Assembly: GCA_002633005.1 (NCBI GenBank)
Contig: NMRA01000040.1
Location: 451,362-515,361 of the forward strand
Source of the DNA: Phoronis australis
Lineage: Eukaryota; Animalia; Phoronida
DNA: 64,000 nt
Direction of reading: 5' to 3'
Below the pieces are notes generated by a model. It saw only the letters and a program-made list of their open reading frames with translations. It was not told where the DNA came from and ran no database searches. Each line of letters opens with the position of its first letter. The first letter of the stretch is position 1. Below, one piece after another: positions 34,625 to 49,163 of the stretch. Both the position numbers and the translations under genes were made by a program.

Positions 34625-36535
34625 AAAAAATGGCCGCCACAAAGTGAATAGCAATGAACGTGACGAGATTGGAACTGTCGATAGTAAAATCGCAACAAAC
34701 ATCGAAGTTGTAATTTCTGAAATGTTCCTCATGAAAACAATGCATTGGCTATTTTAAAATGGCAGAAGACGGCGTGTGTCTCAAAATTTGCAGATGTCCC
34801 GTTCGCCAGCGACACTTTCGAGCCGTCTTTCTCCAAGAACAAATTTCAAGTTCTCGTGGTTTCCGCAAGGGGCAGTCCGCTCCCGGCGTCAGTAGCTGCG
34901 CCACGGCACTGGTATCGTGAAGGAGGAAGATTGACAATTTTGCCGTATCCCTTGACGCCACTAGGGTCTCATTCTTATGTACAATGCATCTTTTTGCACT
35001 GNGGGTTGTTCGCGTGACTCCAGAAAAGGTCGTGCCGTCCGCGTTTTTTGTCTTTGTTGTTGTTGTTGTGTCCGTGGATGAGGGATAAATCCGCTTTTGC
35101 TAAGTATAGCTGTAGACAGATTGACAATTGGGCAAGCAAAACCAAAATAACAACAGTACCACATCTTCTGAAATGCACACACATGCTTTTCGGATATTTG
35201 TGCTGGAGATTTCTGTGTATACCAGAGTGAATATTTGACAGTGCTGTGCGTTAACGAATTTACGATTAAAATTCAAACTATGTTTAAAGTCCCACAAAGG
35301 CGCAATTGCAAGCTTCCACCAGGAATAAATCAAGTCAGCGGCAGTGAATCTTTAAGTTGAAGCAAACAATTAACCAACATCATTCGGTCCACGGTTTCAC
35401 TCTACAATGTGAATCATAACAATGATTTTCAAAGATGGCCGCTTCGTGAGCTTTAGCTGTAGGTGTCTGTGTTAACTGAGGAAAACGCTTGGGTTCAGCC
35501 ATATGCGCCCTAGGTATATTTTCGGAAAAAATCCTTTCTTACGAGGATATATTTGGCTGGGCTTATACGTGAGAATCTCGGGTAAGGTCAATGGCCTAGT
35601 GGCATTGATATTCATAGCAGATTTAACTTCAATTGACAAACTCACATAGAATATAAAATTTAATTGTTCACAACATGACTTTCAGTGTTATCAGGCTTAG
35701 ACAAAAAGATAAGAAAAGAAAACGAGCCATGGTACGCACAATCACCATTAATTCTACGAAATGAAAAATTGGCTCCAAAGTCTACACTTTTATTCATTTC
35801 GTTTTGGTACCACGACTCGCCAGCTTTTCCACTTTGTATGAAGACTTTTTACGACAAGGCATGACAGATGTACTGTATCAAAATTTAATAAACAATTGTG
35901 TAATGAAAATATAAAGTCTTTGGAACAAAATGGAACAACCTCTTAGTTATTTTGATTGTGCTTTTAGGGGTGGTATTTTTAATCATTTTACAATAAATTA
36001 AGGTTATAAATACGACAAAGTACAATTACAATAAATAGTTTTACATCTGCCATAATAAATAATTTTAAATACATCTCTATGCGTTACCAGTGGTCACAAA
36101 AATATGGTCTGAGGTCTTCATAAGATACACAATAGCTGGCGCTAGTTGCTGCAGTCTCTGTCTGCGAACAGGAAAAACAAGCGTTAGTGTTTTTCCTTGA
36201 CAAAGATCAGGTCATTCAAATATCGACGTATGAACACACTGCGGACACAGGGACATCTTTACGTATAAAAGTGTGATTAGTAATTCGTGTTCCTTAGCAC
36301 GGTGTCACATTATTTGCGTCTTTCTGCCCCGTGTTGTCTTTTCTGCACACAGAGCACATCTCCTGTCATCGATTCTCACGCCGGATACAGTTAACTGGAG
36401 AGCCGAAAAGGCCACATACCACTCATCCTTTCTTACATGGACGCACTAGTTCAGATCTAGGTGGGGCAGTACTCCTAGCACTAATTCGAAATGACATCGA
36501 GCTAGTGCGTTGTTTTAGGCAGGCTTCATTCACGC

Positions 36536-37009
36536 TCAGGTCTTTTTCTTCGAGTGCTTCCTTTTATTTTTCTTGCCAGTCCTAGATTTCCTGTTTCTCC
36601 TCCGATTGTTCTTTCTTTTCCCCTTTTTCCCCTTAATGCCGTACTTCCGTCGGCATTTTCTAGCGTCTGACCGCGATAAACCACGGCAACATTTTCGCTT
36701 CTTTTTCTTTTTGCAATTCTCCCAACTCGGCACCGATAGTGCCGTGGCAGGGGGCGTCGGCGTCGCGGGAAGTGGTTTAGCTAATCTGCTAATCCAGTCA
36801 GGAAAACTTTTTGTGTTACTTCGTTTCAAAAAGTACATTATCTTATGATTGCTCTTAGATATAGTGCTCCGTCGCACTTTCCCGTCTTTGGCTATTGCTA
36901 GGTACCACAATTCCTTCGATTTTTTGGACTCATATTTCACACTGCTGTATGTGTAGTGTCTATTTCCTAGGAAGTGTTGCTGAAATTTGCACTCGTCTGT
37001 AGCTTCTTT
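36536..37009 (-). CDS. FGF9/16/20: FGF exon 3
   Basis: TTTTACAG acceptor, KEATDECKF...FLKRS plus Lys/Arg-rich tail to TGA; candidate AATAAA at 35794-35789. Confidence 0.9.
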   Translation of the reverse strand, partial: KEATDECKFQQHFLGNRHYTYSSVKYESKKSKELWYLAIAKDGKVRRSTISKSNHKIMYFLKRSNTKSFPDWISRLAKPLPATPTPPATALSVPSWENCKKKKKRKCCRGLSRSDARKCRRKYGIKGKKGKRKNNRRRNRKSRTGKKNKRKHSKKKT

Positions 37010-40000
37010 CTGTAAAAAAATAGAGAAGTGTAAACGGCATATAGTAAAATAACATCTCGTCGTCGAGCATCATGTATAAAACCATCGATAGATTTCTCAT
37101 GCAGTCTCAGAACAAGGAAAAGGACAGTCACAAACAGCGGGAGCCAAGGAAACCAGATAGCTTGAGCCGAGCATATATAGTTGGTGACTTGTTGTGTAGT
37201 GCTCTATAAATGAAACTTTGAACTTAGTTCAAACAATGCCCATTGTACGATTGCATGGTCGAGATAACAGCGTGAGAACTCGACCTAAAGCAAATATATG
37301 AACCTGTGATAACGCCGCATAACCATGACATTATTATGAAAGCCTGCTGACAGAAAGCAGTAGCACAGACGAGCTCTATAAACAAACTAAACCAGTAACT
37401 TATATCGTTTCCAGATATATGAATATCACTCGCCAAGAAAAGATAAAATTTTTAAAATTAAATGTTTTTATAATTTTAATTGTCAGATTACATGTTAAGT
37501 ATTTTGATATACCTGAGGTCTGTATCGTGAAAAGTGACATAAGACTTATAATCAGAAATTCGGTCTTACACCACACACGACTATTTTTGAAAAATAATTA
37601 AGTCTCACTAGAGCAAAAGTGCAAAGTATTTGAGAATGCACACTTAACTGCTAGTTCCATTAATTATTTATTGTGATGCGCTCACACCTTAGTTGTATAA
37701 ACTTTTACAGTTGTGAGGTGGGAGCGCAAGCCAGTGTCATAAAATTGACCCCGGATGTCATCTTACTGTACGGAGTTTATCTTATTGCTCTTTTTAAATG
37801 CTCTTTTCCGTGTAAAACACGAAATAATGATCGAATGTACGGTGCAAAGAACTGGACAGATGCCTTTAGTTAGTCTAAAGCAATTTCGGTGTTACGCTAT
37901 AGTTCTGCAAAATAATTTCATTGTTATTTCTCCTTCCGACCCAACGATATTTAGTGACCTACTTGATACCAAAATAGACCCTATTGCTGTATGCTTCAGT
38001 CTCACTTCTGAGCATTGAATTGAGTGATCACGATATTTGGCAATTACGTACGAAGTACACTCGTTATCAGACGTCAGAAACAGTGTCTTAGTACAAATAA
38101 CATTGCTCGCGTGTGGTCACATAACATTGGGTAGACCTTCCTGGATTGAACTCTCTTCTGTTGTGGAGGTAGAAAATACATTGCATGACCGACCTACTTT
38201 TCAAAATGTAGGGCACTCCTGAGTTGATTACCATTAAATGCACATCCAGCACGGATAATTTTCCTTTTCGTCAATTTCTTGGCGTTAACATTGTAACTCA
38301 AAATGCAGCAATGTAAGGTTTGCCTGCATTACAATGATTAATTACACAATTTTTAGGATAAGAGATAGTGATTTGTACTTTTTCATGTGAAGAAGCTGGA
38401 CAAGTGCTTGACTCATGTTTTGCGTTGTGGTAAATACCAAAGAATGATAGTGATGCTGTACTATATCAGGAGGGGCCTATTTGCATTGCAACGACTCTGA
38501 GAGGTAACTCAGAAGTTAAATTATCAAAACCACTTTGAGATGGTGACGTAATAATATCATTTCTGAAATCTGGTGGTCTATTTAAACCAAGTTGCTAAAG
38601 AAGTGAAGACCGAAACGTCGTGCTAATATAACTAGGCCAGAGAATGTGTAAATAAGCCAAAATGTTTAGAAATGATGTAACTCACAAGTTCACTGAAAAA
38701 ACCACAAATCGACAAATAGGGTGTCGCGATATTTGGTTTACTTTATGATCAAGCGGATGAACTTCCTGGATTTGAAGTAATCACGCTACCTCTTGTGGTT
38801 TTGTGTAAACTCAAGCGGTTTACAGTCCTATATTTGCGAGATAAAGTCGAGAAGACAATAGAGATTTAGGACGACTTAAAGTTAAAATTAGCTACATATT
38901 CCAACATTGTGAATGTTTGAGTTACACGGTTCAAGAGCTCTTTGAAAGGCTTTCCTTCTGAGATCAATTATCTACGGTTTATCGAGGTTGAACGCCGAAT
39001 GACGTGCACGTACGCAAAGCCGCAAATAATTAGTTAATCGGAAATAACAAATCCTATATAAAACGTAAAACCAACCTATTACCCGTCGCGTTCATGGATT
39101 TCTGATCAAGTTAGGGTTTTGCGTTTCTATTTTGGGTTGATGGGAGTTTTGCTTTCAGTCGATGGTGAATAATCAAATGCACATAGACTGCATGGATAGA
39201 CTAACTTTATCAACGTAACATGAAGTTGCTTTGCGAATTAATGAAGCGGATTAAACAAATTATATTTTATGTTACAGCCATGGAAAAATATGAAATTCAC
39301 CAAGTGACTCTGTCTGCATTAACTCCACCGCTTGCATATGGACGAACTGCATAAAATCGTGCTCAGTGTTTTCAGTGGTAGTTTATAATCGGGAGCAAAT
39401 CTTTTCAGGGTTTTTGAATTTTGAAACCCAGACGTAGTTGAAAACGATTCGCTGTTGACTTGAAACTGTACTGATTCATCTGCATTTGTTCTGGTATGAC
39501 GTCGTCAGCTTAAAACACACCAGTCGATAAGAAGTGCGCCATATTATCTAATATATGTACGAATTTCACCAAAATAAAAGCAGACGAATCCTTATATACA
39601 TCTGGGCATACACCAACCAATTCCTTGATGTCAAAATTCAATGAATAACACCGCAGCAGTGGAATCTGAAGATCTGTTATGTGCAGTCACGAATGGTTCT
39701 AACACTTGACAGTGTTGGAGCAATGAACTTTAAACTTTACCAACTTTCTGTTAATGGTGACTCTGACTGATTACAAAAAAATTAATTAGCGTTGCTTGAA
39801 AAGCCGTATTCTGCCCTACCGTAAATTACAACGAAAGCTTTCACATTGGCACATTGCTTTAAGTCAGCATCAACAGATTGTAAAGATATTGTCCAGACAG
39901 TGGCAAATTGGAAACCGTTAGTATCAAGAAGGTGTGACTTGGCGCACAACAATTGACAATTACAGATTGGAATACAACCGTTACTACGGCTCAATTGGCG

Positions 40001-43000
40001 TCATTTCGGTTTAATTGTTGTCGCGGTCAAAAGACGTCTTCGCGGCTAGACAGTGACTTAGCGTGTCCACGACAAACTGAAACAGTGCAAACGTTGGAAG
40101 CACAAAATAATAATTGATTGTTTGAGTGATTAACCAAATATTCCTCAGGGAATTAACACACGCCAGTCGGAAACGTGAAGAGCTCACGAACGTGGGATTA
40201 ACTTTAATCCGTTTGGCGGCGCTGTTTTCACAGAGTCGCCGGTTGAGTGTGCAATTACTTTCTGTGGTTTTTGCGGTATCGAGGAAGCACAGGTATTTGT
40301 TTTGCGACTACTGAACAATTAGCCCGCCAATTAGCCTCAATACATAGAAACGGTGAAGAAGAAGAAGAAGAAGAAGCTATTTGCAGACTTTTGTTCTTTA
40401 GCGCGTAACAGTAAGTTTCATTCAGCCATGCACACCCACACGTACTATAAGAAGTGTATAGAGTAAATGACGTATGACCTAACTGAAAATGTGTTCTGAT
40501 TACTGACGAGTATTTACTAGTACAAATAACTCATAGGCATAATGAAAAACGACACCGAAATGTTTATCTTTACAAATCCCGTTATTGTGTTTTTTCTTAT
40601 CACGTATCATGCTTGAAATCGCCAATTTAAAAAGATCTAGGTAACCTGATTCTTTAATATGTGTTCTCGAACTGGTCTTTATTATTTCATTATCACAGTT
40701 TGAATGCAGAAGTATGCGGTATTCCATTTTTTTAGATGCCCCGTTATACATGTGATTATGGTAAATGTGTGCTTACGGCAACACTGCGTTCTACGGAAAG
40801 TAACATTTTGTAATAGGATTTACACTGAATAAGAGGCTGATGTACATTGACTTACGTTACTCTTATGCCGAGATATTTGGGTCTAGTTTCGTTCTAAGTC
40901 ACAAATGATCTATATTACTGGAGTAAGTTTCATGGCAAGACAAACTCTGTTTTGCCAATGCAATCAAAGGCTGGTGGGAGGTCCAACCATGTGATAGTTA
41001 TCAGGTTCAGAGTAAATGACTCGTGTCGAAGCATATTGTCCATTTTGTTTTTCATGCATATTCTGACAGCTTTCGTTGCAAGAAAAAAGAATTAGCTAAT
41101 GCAGAAAACTAGGTTTATCGAACAATTTCATGGAAACATCGCGGACGTTCAGATGTTGGCATTTAGACTTATTTGTCACTTGTTATACAGAGCACCTACA
41201 GCGTTGCTGATGCTGTCCACAGTTCCACAGTTTCATATGGTATGAATATAATAGAAAGTGCACCAAGCTGATGCCATTTTTGTGACTAAACACGTGGCTA
41301 TTTCTTTGAACAAACTTCTGGAGTCCGTTTCATGACAGTTACTTAAGTCTTAAGACAGAAATTTGATCTTATTTCACAATTGCTGAAAAAAGGTTTAGCC
41401 AAGCAATTATGGGCGCATCACACTCTGAGAACTAATTGACAGAAATTACCCCAGTAACTAGCAGTTATGCGTATATTCTCAGAGACTGCACTTTTACTTA
41501 AGTGAGAATTAATTATTTTTCAAAAATAGTTGAATGGAGAGTAAGACCAAATTTTCGACGTAAGTCTTAAGCCACTCTTCATAAAACAGGTGCCTGGCCT
41601 CAAAAAAGTAGGAGATATTTTTCCCGCAAAACGTGGTGCTTTGTGATCAATTATGGAAAATTTAGTTTGAGCAATACAAATTTAAATTCATAATTATAAC
41701 TTCAACACTAGGTTCATCTTGTTACACAATATCATCACAAATATATCAAGGTAGTTATTGGTGTATTAAATATGCAGATTTTCAGTTTGCGTTGCAACAC
41801 AGCAGAAAATGAAAATAAAAAAGTTGTTGTCCTACTTACACTTCCATACACTTTTCCTCTTGAGTTCATGCACACATACCGGTTTGACTCGGTGCCACGT
41901 ATCGTCACGTGAAATGGCAACGAGTCTTTTGACGACAAAGGTGGTATCGTTGTCAACACAACCATCTGAATAACAAACTCCAGTACGCCTGAAAACAAGT
42001 AAAATATGACACTTCATGTGTTTGTGAGTGATGAGATTCAATATTTAGCAACTTTTGGTAACAACTTTAGGTTAAATTACATCAGATGTAAATGACATAA
42101 AAACCCAGATATATCATACTTAATGAATTGCAGTTAAAGCTTGAAAAACTGCATTATTGAAACCAATGAAGATCCTAGACACTTTTTAACCCTACAGATA
42201 CAGTGGAAGGGGGAGCAAGGGACTCGCCCCTGGAAGCGTCGTCGGCATGCCGTTTCACTGAAGGAGCTCACGATCATTTTCCTTCTAAATCTGCGGTTGG
42301 TGCGAAATGCTGGACCCGCCAGTGACATTATTTGAACAAGTTCAATTAAAGAGGTTGCAATACATCGGCGTCTTCTGTCAAAAAACATCTTTTGAATTAG
42401 GTTTCTTGCTCAGTGTGAAATCGGCTTCATCTTGTTCCTTGCTCAGGTTAGAAACAATTCCTAGACTTGATAAGAGTTGACAGGTTGTTATGGATTCAAA
42501 ACACGCCCATTATGTTGCTTGTCACGGCGGGATAATTTCACTTGCCAACTGAATGTAATATGGGTGTGCGGTGGAATCCCAGGAGAATAACTGTAACCGA
42601 TTTCAAAATAAACTGCGGATAAGAACGGAACGACGTTGCTTTGGGAGAATAAATACGCCTGTGATGACGTTTTAAAACCAGAACAAAATCCTTTGCGGGA
42701 TTAAGTGGTCTATTGACTTTTATTTTTTCCATGTCAACCTACACACAGTACTTTGTCTTATTCCAAATGCTGTAGTTGATTGATAATGATACTGGAGGAA
42801 TTCTTGGAGTCGCATCAACGAGGGCATTAAAGGTAAATCACAGATAAAACTGTGGAATTATATCAATCTGAACAGGACATGTGGAAGTAAAAGCATCCGC
42901 CAAAATAGTGCAAAACAGTAACAACATTTTTCACAAACCGCACCTTTTATATTTAAGTCTGTCATGTATTAGCAAAGCTCGTGACAATAATTGCTTCCTA

Positions 43001-46000
43001 CTCGCAAACCTTTTGCTTCTACGGAACGCAACTTGCTCTGTGTTGTTCGTAAGGCTCGTTTGTTGTATTTGGAAAGATGCAGTGCATTACACTCTTTCTA
43101 AGCGCTCACGTTCCTTCGCGCCTTCATATAGCTGAACGACGAGGCAAGAGATGGCGCTGTGAAAGAGTATGATGGCGAGTGTATTGCCTTGCGGAACGGG
43201 CCCCTGCACTTCTTGAACCTCCCTCGAGTCGATGGCATAATTTCGACAACTACTGACAATGAACTGTCCATTTCATTCATTGACACCTTTTTGTCGTTTC
43301 AGTAAGCAACGACGCCCTAAGGGCGCTTCACAATTCTCCGTTACAGCAGTGATTCGGAGAAGGGTATGATAAAAATCTAAGATTCCTCGACCCAACGAAA
43401 ACACCGTTGCGTGTCACAGAACGACTTTGAAATTAAGAGCTTCAATCTATTCTGGGCGCATAAAATGAATGACGATGGACGATTGCTCTGAAGCTATAGT
43501 GAATTCATGGAATGCACCGTTTTATACCGTATGCGTTGAAAAGTATTATTGGCGCGCACTAAAGTAGATATCAACATTTACGTTCTTCATATTTTCTGTT
43601 TATGTCTCGCAATTTTTTTTTTAAATTTGAACGTCTGGAAAGCTCTAGTACAAACGCGGTGACCCATGTTCCGCATTTGTTATCGGATTTAATATACAAC
43701 GAACAAATGTTAATAGTCAAAGATCACACAATATCTCTTAGTGTATTGTTATAATTTCATTCATTCAAAAATTGACATGTGGCAAAACGTTCAAAGTTCT
43801 TGCAGTGGGACAGGGTTTTCTAAAATACTGCATTCACTCAAAGACTGAAAGGGAGAGAAACTAATTGGTTTAATCATTTGAAGAATACTTAGAAACCCAC
43901 TTTAAAAAAAAGTTAATCTTATAGGGTGTGTTGGCGAATTGCACCAACTACATTGTGTAGACTTATGTCTTTCAAGAATCGGCGAACTTTCGGCCCGAGT
44001 TTCGAAAGGCGGGAAAATGTTGACAGGGACAGTTCGTCTTACTTCATAGAATTGTTAACGACTTGCATTCTAAAAGTAAATGTCCTGTCAACTATAACGT
44101 ATGACATAAACTACAAAAGCGCGATCAATGGTATTGAGATAGCTACATGGCAGTTTTTTGTTTTTGAAGACCCCTGTAAAATCGCCGCTCAGACAAAACA
44201 TGAAGTACGAGAGATGCTAAAGACGTGTATTCGCTGGCTGATGACTGACGCGCAATCAGATACAACGTAATGTAAAAAGGGCTCAAAAGATGATTTATTT
44301 TGAAGATCCTGCGTTGTCATCTGAACAAGTTCTCACGTCACTGGATCTTTTTGTTTAAAATTCCTTCTATCAACTTTGGAATAAATCTAATTAATATAAG
44401 GGGTTTTGACGATACGAGATTGTCAACACCCCCCCCCCTCCATTTGAAAGTAATTCCAAGTGTCAAGTAATGACATAATAATTGTGCTTCCTGTAAAGAA
44501 GCAACAGACAAACATAATACAAGTACGGAAAAATTAATTGTGTTTGTTTTCCTATTTCAACATACGTTGCTGTCCTTACAATAGTACCCCAGCCCTTTTG
44601 CAGCTGGATCAAAGATTTGCTGGAAAAAAACCCAAGTTATCCAATTAAAATTCCATTGAAAAGATGTAGATTATTTCAACCTCCACATAGTAAAAAGCTA
44701 TTGGCCAGGCGACTACTAATTTACTGTCAGTCGATCTGTCCATGCTAGTAAGCATTCAACTGACATTTCGAAGGTAATGTTAACCCGTCACAGACACGTA
44801 TCTAGCTGTAGGGCCCAATTTGAAAATGTCACTAATTCTACAAACAGGACATCCCGTCAAAAACGCATGGGGTAGCAAAACATCTCGTTAATTGCAAGTT
44901 CCATTCACTCAGCGAGCCTAATGGCTCAAAGGTACGAATATTAGGCAGACCTGCACCTTAGCAGAAATACGTGAAATTCTGCCTTCGGCCATTGCACTCA
45001 GTAATCGCGCTATGCTACAGACTAATTCCGCATATCGTCGTTGCATAAAGGCGATGAATCTTAACCTGGCATTTTCTATTATAGTTTTATAGAATGAAAA
45101 AAATTCTGTGTCAGCACTGTCCGTTGGGGCCACAATTTCTGTATGCATTCAATAGTGTACGTTTGAAACTTTGTATTAAAGAAGCTACGTTTTTTAAATA
45201 AAAATGCGGTTAATAACTTCAAGCTCCGATGATCTATAATGTCTACCTTTTCGTTCATTAATGGAAAATTCTTTATTCCTAATTTCAGCATTCTTTAACG
45301 CTTACGCGCATATGCTGTGACGTATGCTTTTGACTGGCAAATTCAATTTTGAGGGAAATGCTGTGCAAGCCTGCATCACAGTTTCTCCACAGACTTTTTC
45401 TTGCTAAGAAAATGAGCTAAGCACCAAAACCCGCGCATATCATATCTCAGCAAGAAACCACATTTCACCGAGAAAAATGACTGCCAATCTCGGAAGCAGG
45501 CGTAGAATGCACGTGTAATTGCAATTGACTTTGTTTTCTTTCCCTCAGTTAATACTTTTTTACACCTTGAGAAACTATGTTTAAAACAACTCGGAAAATA
45601 TATCTTAGCAGGTATAATTCATTACCCCCATGCACACAAGTTAAAAATATGAGTGGTTATTTTTAGTCGTTTTGTAGACATCGGGTTTTGACTTTCCTGT
45701 CAAACCCGATTCGCACTTTATTGGTTGGTTTGTTGGATGTCTTCAACTTCTAGGCATCTGCACTTTCAAGAGATTTGGCATTAGAAACGACACAGTTTTT
45801 TGAAGAACACTTTCCACCCAAAAATGTAAATCAGACATAAGTAAAGAGGGTCGAGCATTCATTAAAAGAGAAATTTTACGTAATGATCACGAACCGGTTT
45901 GAATGACTCTAGGGTGACACCTGTGACACACGTAGCGCTGATGCATGTTTATAATACGTCAAGATTTCGATGATAATGGCTTCAGAGACTTTTGGTGCTT

Positions 46001-49000
46001 CGACTACCGGCTATTACAGTATCACAAAAGATGGGAAAGAAAAAGAATTCAAGTTGTACTGTTGCTAAAATGAACCGTAAACATCGGGAAAACCTACTGT
46101 AGTCTAGTCACGTTTCCACAAGGTAGAAACCTTTTTACCATGTGCAAATGCACCCCCTCGAACCCAGAAAACACGTTGGCAAGCAGACGATCAACTGAGG
46201 CAAGCAGACGATCAATTTGCGGCAAACTGCCGACCGGAATTCAGCTACAGTTGGCGAGGACAAGAGTTGTCAGTAATGTCGGGTTGTTAGATTTTGATAG
46301 CTTAACAAGTAATAGCTCATTCCCTGACTACTACTCACTAAGGCTCGCAAATCAAACAATAGTCAAAACCATATCCAAAAATATTCATTGCACATTTAGG
46401 TGTAACCAAAGCTGTGGACAGGAGAGAGGAGGGAAAGAATTTATTTTGTCATAAACATCGTTTATCTATTTATTTTCTCGTTGAACAGTGTCGTCAACGT
46501 TATTTTGTTAAGATCAAAGGGAGTCGCTGGGTGTTAATTTCGCGGGACGATATTGTTCCGCTAGCGAGAGACAGATTGTTCGAGCTATTCACCAACATAC
46601 CGACGTGCCCTGGAGTAGAAATCATGTAATACGAGGTTCACATCGCCCGTTTTATTGCTGGACCAATGATCACCATGATGGGTTTTTCGTATGATTAAGG
46701 TCATTATAAATAATCGAATACACAAAATACTTTGCATAGGATAAACGTTAGGTCTATTTAGCTTACCACGGTTTAGATAAAAACATAGCAGATTTCTAAG
46801 AGCCTATCTCACCGAATAACCTGGGACATGTCGTAGTTGGAAAGAGCGGTGCTTTTGATTAGGTATAATGCGTATATTTGAATACTTAAGATAATGATTT
46901 GTGTACAATAGACGCAACAGCCTACACGCGAGAAAATTCTCACCTAAATCTTAGCTCAATTAACATCGATCCAGTCGAGACAGTCCAATTGACAAAGTGG
47001 GCTGGTGTGATCTATCCCTCAATGTCGATGGGACAAAGCTCATTCAGGAGAATTAGGCAAACTGGGTTGAATTAGCTTTAAGCAAATCCTGTGGGGTGAG
47101 AACTTGGTCAAACTGTGTTTTGCGATGAACGACTCGCTATAGCCCAGACGGTCATTGCGATAGCCGCTCAAAGGCCGTATCACTTCATATCTTAGCAATA
47201 TGTCCTTAAATCTACAAACGCGTCTGAACTTGTTACAACTTTGCAATTCATTTTTATGTTAATGGAGCATCGAGTATATACATATCCCGGTATGTCATGA
47301 TTTACACGGGCCAACGAAGCTTCTTTTCAGGTCACTCAAAATCGTCTAGGATTCGTTTGTATCATACCCGTGGTCGCTTTACACTGAACGTGAAACCTTC
47401 TCCTGAAACGCAACGCGATAGTATTTACAATTTCTCGTGTTTATTTAGTCTCGCTTGGTTAACACGACTAGGCTACACAAATACCTGTAAAATTGTGACG
47501 AGTACTCAACCTGCAGGTTTAGAACGCACCGACAACTATTACAGAATAGTTTGTTTGTAATCGTGTGACATATCAAGCCGCAGAATACAGTTCGCTATGC
47601 AAGGCATTTAATCGGCAATAATCATTTGCACCACAAAATGATTTTGAACACAAAGCTCTGATGAAAGCTTTTTGTTCCCCAACTTTCAGGAATGCTTTTG
47701 TTTACAAACGCTCTTTGAGCGCCATGTACACGAGCGATATCAAGAAATCTGGGTTATTTCATTGTCCGTTCAACACCTCTAACCCTATCACTGACGCTGT
47801 TGTCTCAGTCCTCGTCCTATAAAATTGTTTTTCTTCAATTATCCTCCGTCTAAGCCACTGTTCAAAGGCCGTAACACCCCGGTCTGTTTTTCTGCATAAA
47901 ATACGGAGCATTTCTTTTCCGGCTCTTTAATTTCCGTGTGGGCCTATTGTGTTTTGGGCCTCACGCCCTCATTTCGTAGGTTTGACATAACTACCACAGA
48001 TCTAACAACAAACAAAATTGCGAAAATTTGCAAATCTGGCAAGCGCGTCAATTTACAACAGCACTCCCAATATTGTTGATTTCTGCTTATCCGACGTTAT
48101 TTGACATGTATTACAGAAACGAAAAATACCTTATGTGAAGAACTCGGTAGGCAAATTGTGATAAACGTCAAGGCGCCATGTGCAAGAAGTTGAAAACACG
48201 ACTCTGATGAACGGGCTCATGAAGAGCGTATGGCAGCTTTCTTGCAAAATTTATATCCTGAATAGAACTTTTATCTGAAAATGATGCTCTCTCTGCAGTC
48301 AGAAATTGTCAGTCTTCGCCCATGTGTATATTGTGAAGCATATCACAATTGCATAAAGAGGATTAATGATATCCATTGTGAATTGGCGACACAACAAAGA
48401 CTTCACCTTTAGACGTTCGACCATCGCGATTAGGTGACATTTTGTAGTCTTTATCTAGGTAAAACCCATTGAAATGAAACTAATAAAAAGAACCCTTGTC
48501 TTTTATCGAAAATAGATTTATCTTAAGTTTGAAACGTCGAAGTGGAAATTCAATGATGTAAACGCCACTTTAAAAAGGACATATTAATGGGGCAGATAAG
48601 GCAAAAGGTAAGCCATTGGAAAATTTTACAGGTGAATTTAATGGGAAATTAAGTAACAAATGTTATCTCCATGATCGCCGAATAAAATCCCATGATCAAT
48701 GGTCTATCGGGAGTATCAGGAGTGACGCATGGAGTTGGAGAGCACATGGTCATTACTATTTGTACTCGCACACACTTCCATGTGCACAAGGCACCGAACA
48801 AACGAGTTGTCTGGACAAGTGCACTTTAACTTCCATCTCCGACAGTTTCAACTTTTGCACAGAACACAAGAAAAAAACAGTGAATATACAAAATGAACGA
48901 TACTTACTATATTTTGTGTTGTGTCTTCGAGAACCGTTCACAGTTCCATCAGGTAAAACCTGTAGGACATAACCACTTCTGCAATAAAGTGATTGATATT

Positions 49001-49163
49001 TTGACGTTACGCTCCTCTGTTCCCGGCGCTCTCCGATACTTATCAGTGAGCGGGGGACCGGTGGAAGAGTTCTCATGTGTTCGTGCATTAGACCCAGAGT
49101 GGGTAAACTTGTGGTCCCGGCGGGCAGGGCAGTCGTCAGACCCGCTCCCACCGCAGAAAACAT
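36536..49163 (-). CDS. FGF9/16/20: Fibroblast growth factor, FGF9/16/20-like (3 exons, ~292 aa)
   Basis: LYCRSGYVLQVLPDGTVNGSR, SVLEF...VTIRGTESNRYVCMNSRGKVYGS, KEATDECKFQQHFLGNRHYTYSS...WYLAIAKDGKVR...YFLKR; canonical FGF intron phases 1 and 0; no obvious cleavable signal peptide. Confidence 0.9.
41318..41597. mobile_element. MITE-like inverted-repeat element in FGF intron 2
   Basis: CGTTTCATGA...CTTAAGACAGAAATTTGATCTTA mirrored by TAAGACCAAATTTTCGACGTAAGTCTTAAG...TTCATAAAAC. Confidence 0.55.
41840..41988 (-). CDS. FGF9/16/20: FGF exon 2
   Basis: VLEFVIQMVVLTTIPPLSSKDSLPFHVTIRGTESNRYVCMNSRGKVYGS, TTTTCAG / GTAAGT flanks. Confidence 0.9.
48908..49163 (-). CDS. FGF9/16/20: FGF exon 1
   Basis: MFSAVGAG...LYCRSGYVLQVLPDGTVNGSRRHNTKY then GTAAGT; in-frame TGA upstream of the ATG. 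Confidence 0.88.

Noticed and set aside
507-49163. RAD50-FGF linkage as conserved synteny with human 5q31 (RAD50, FGF1)
   Set aside because: The human genes are megabases apart, and this FGF resembles FGF9/16/20 rather than FGF1.
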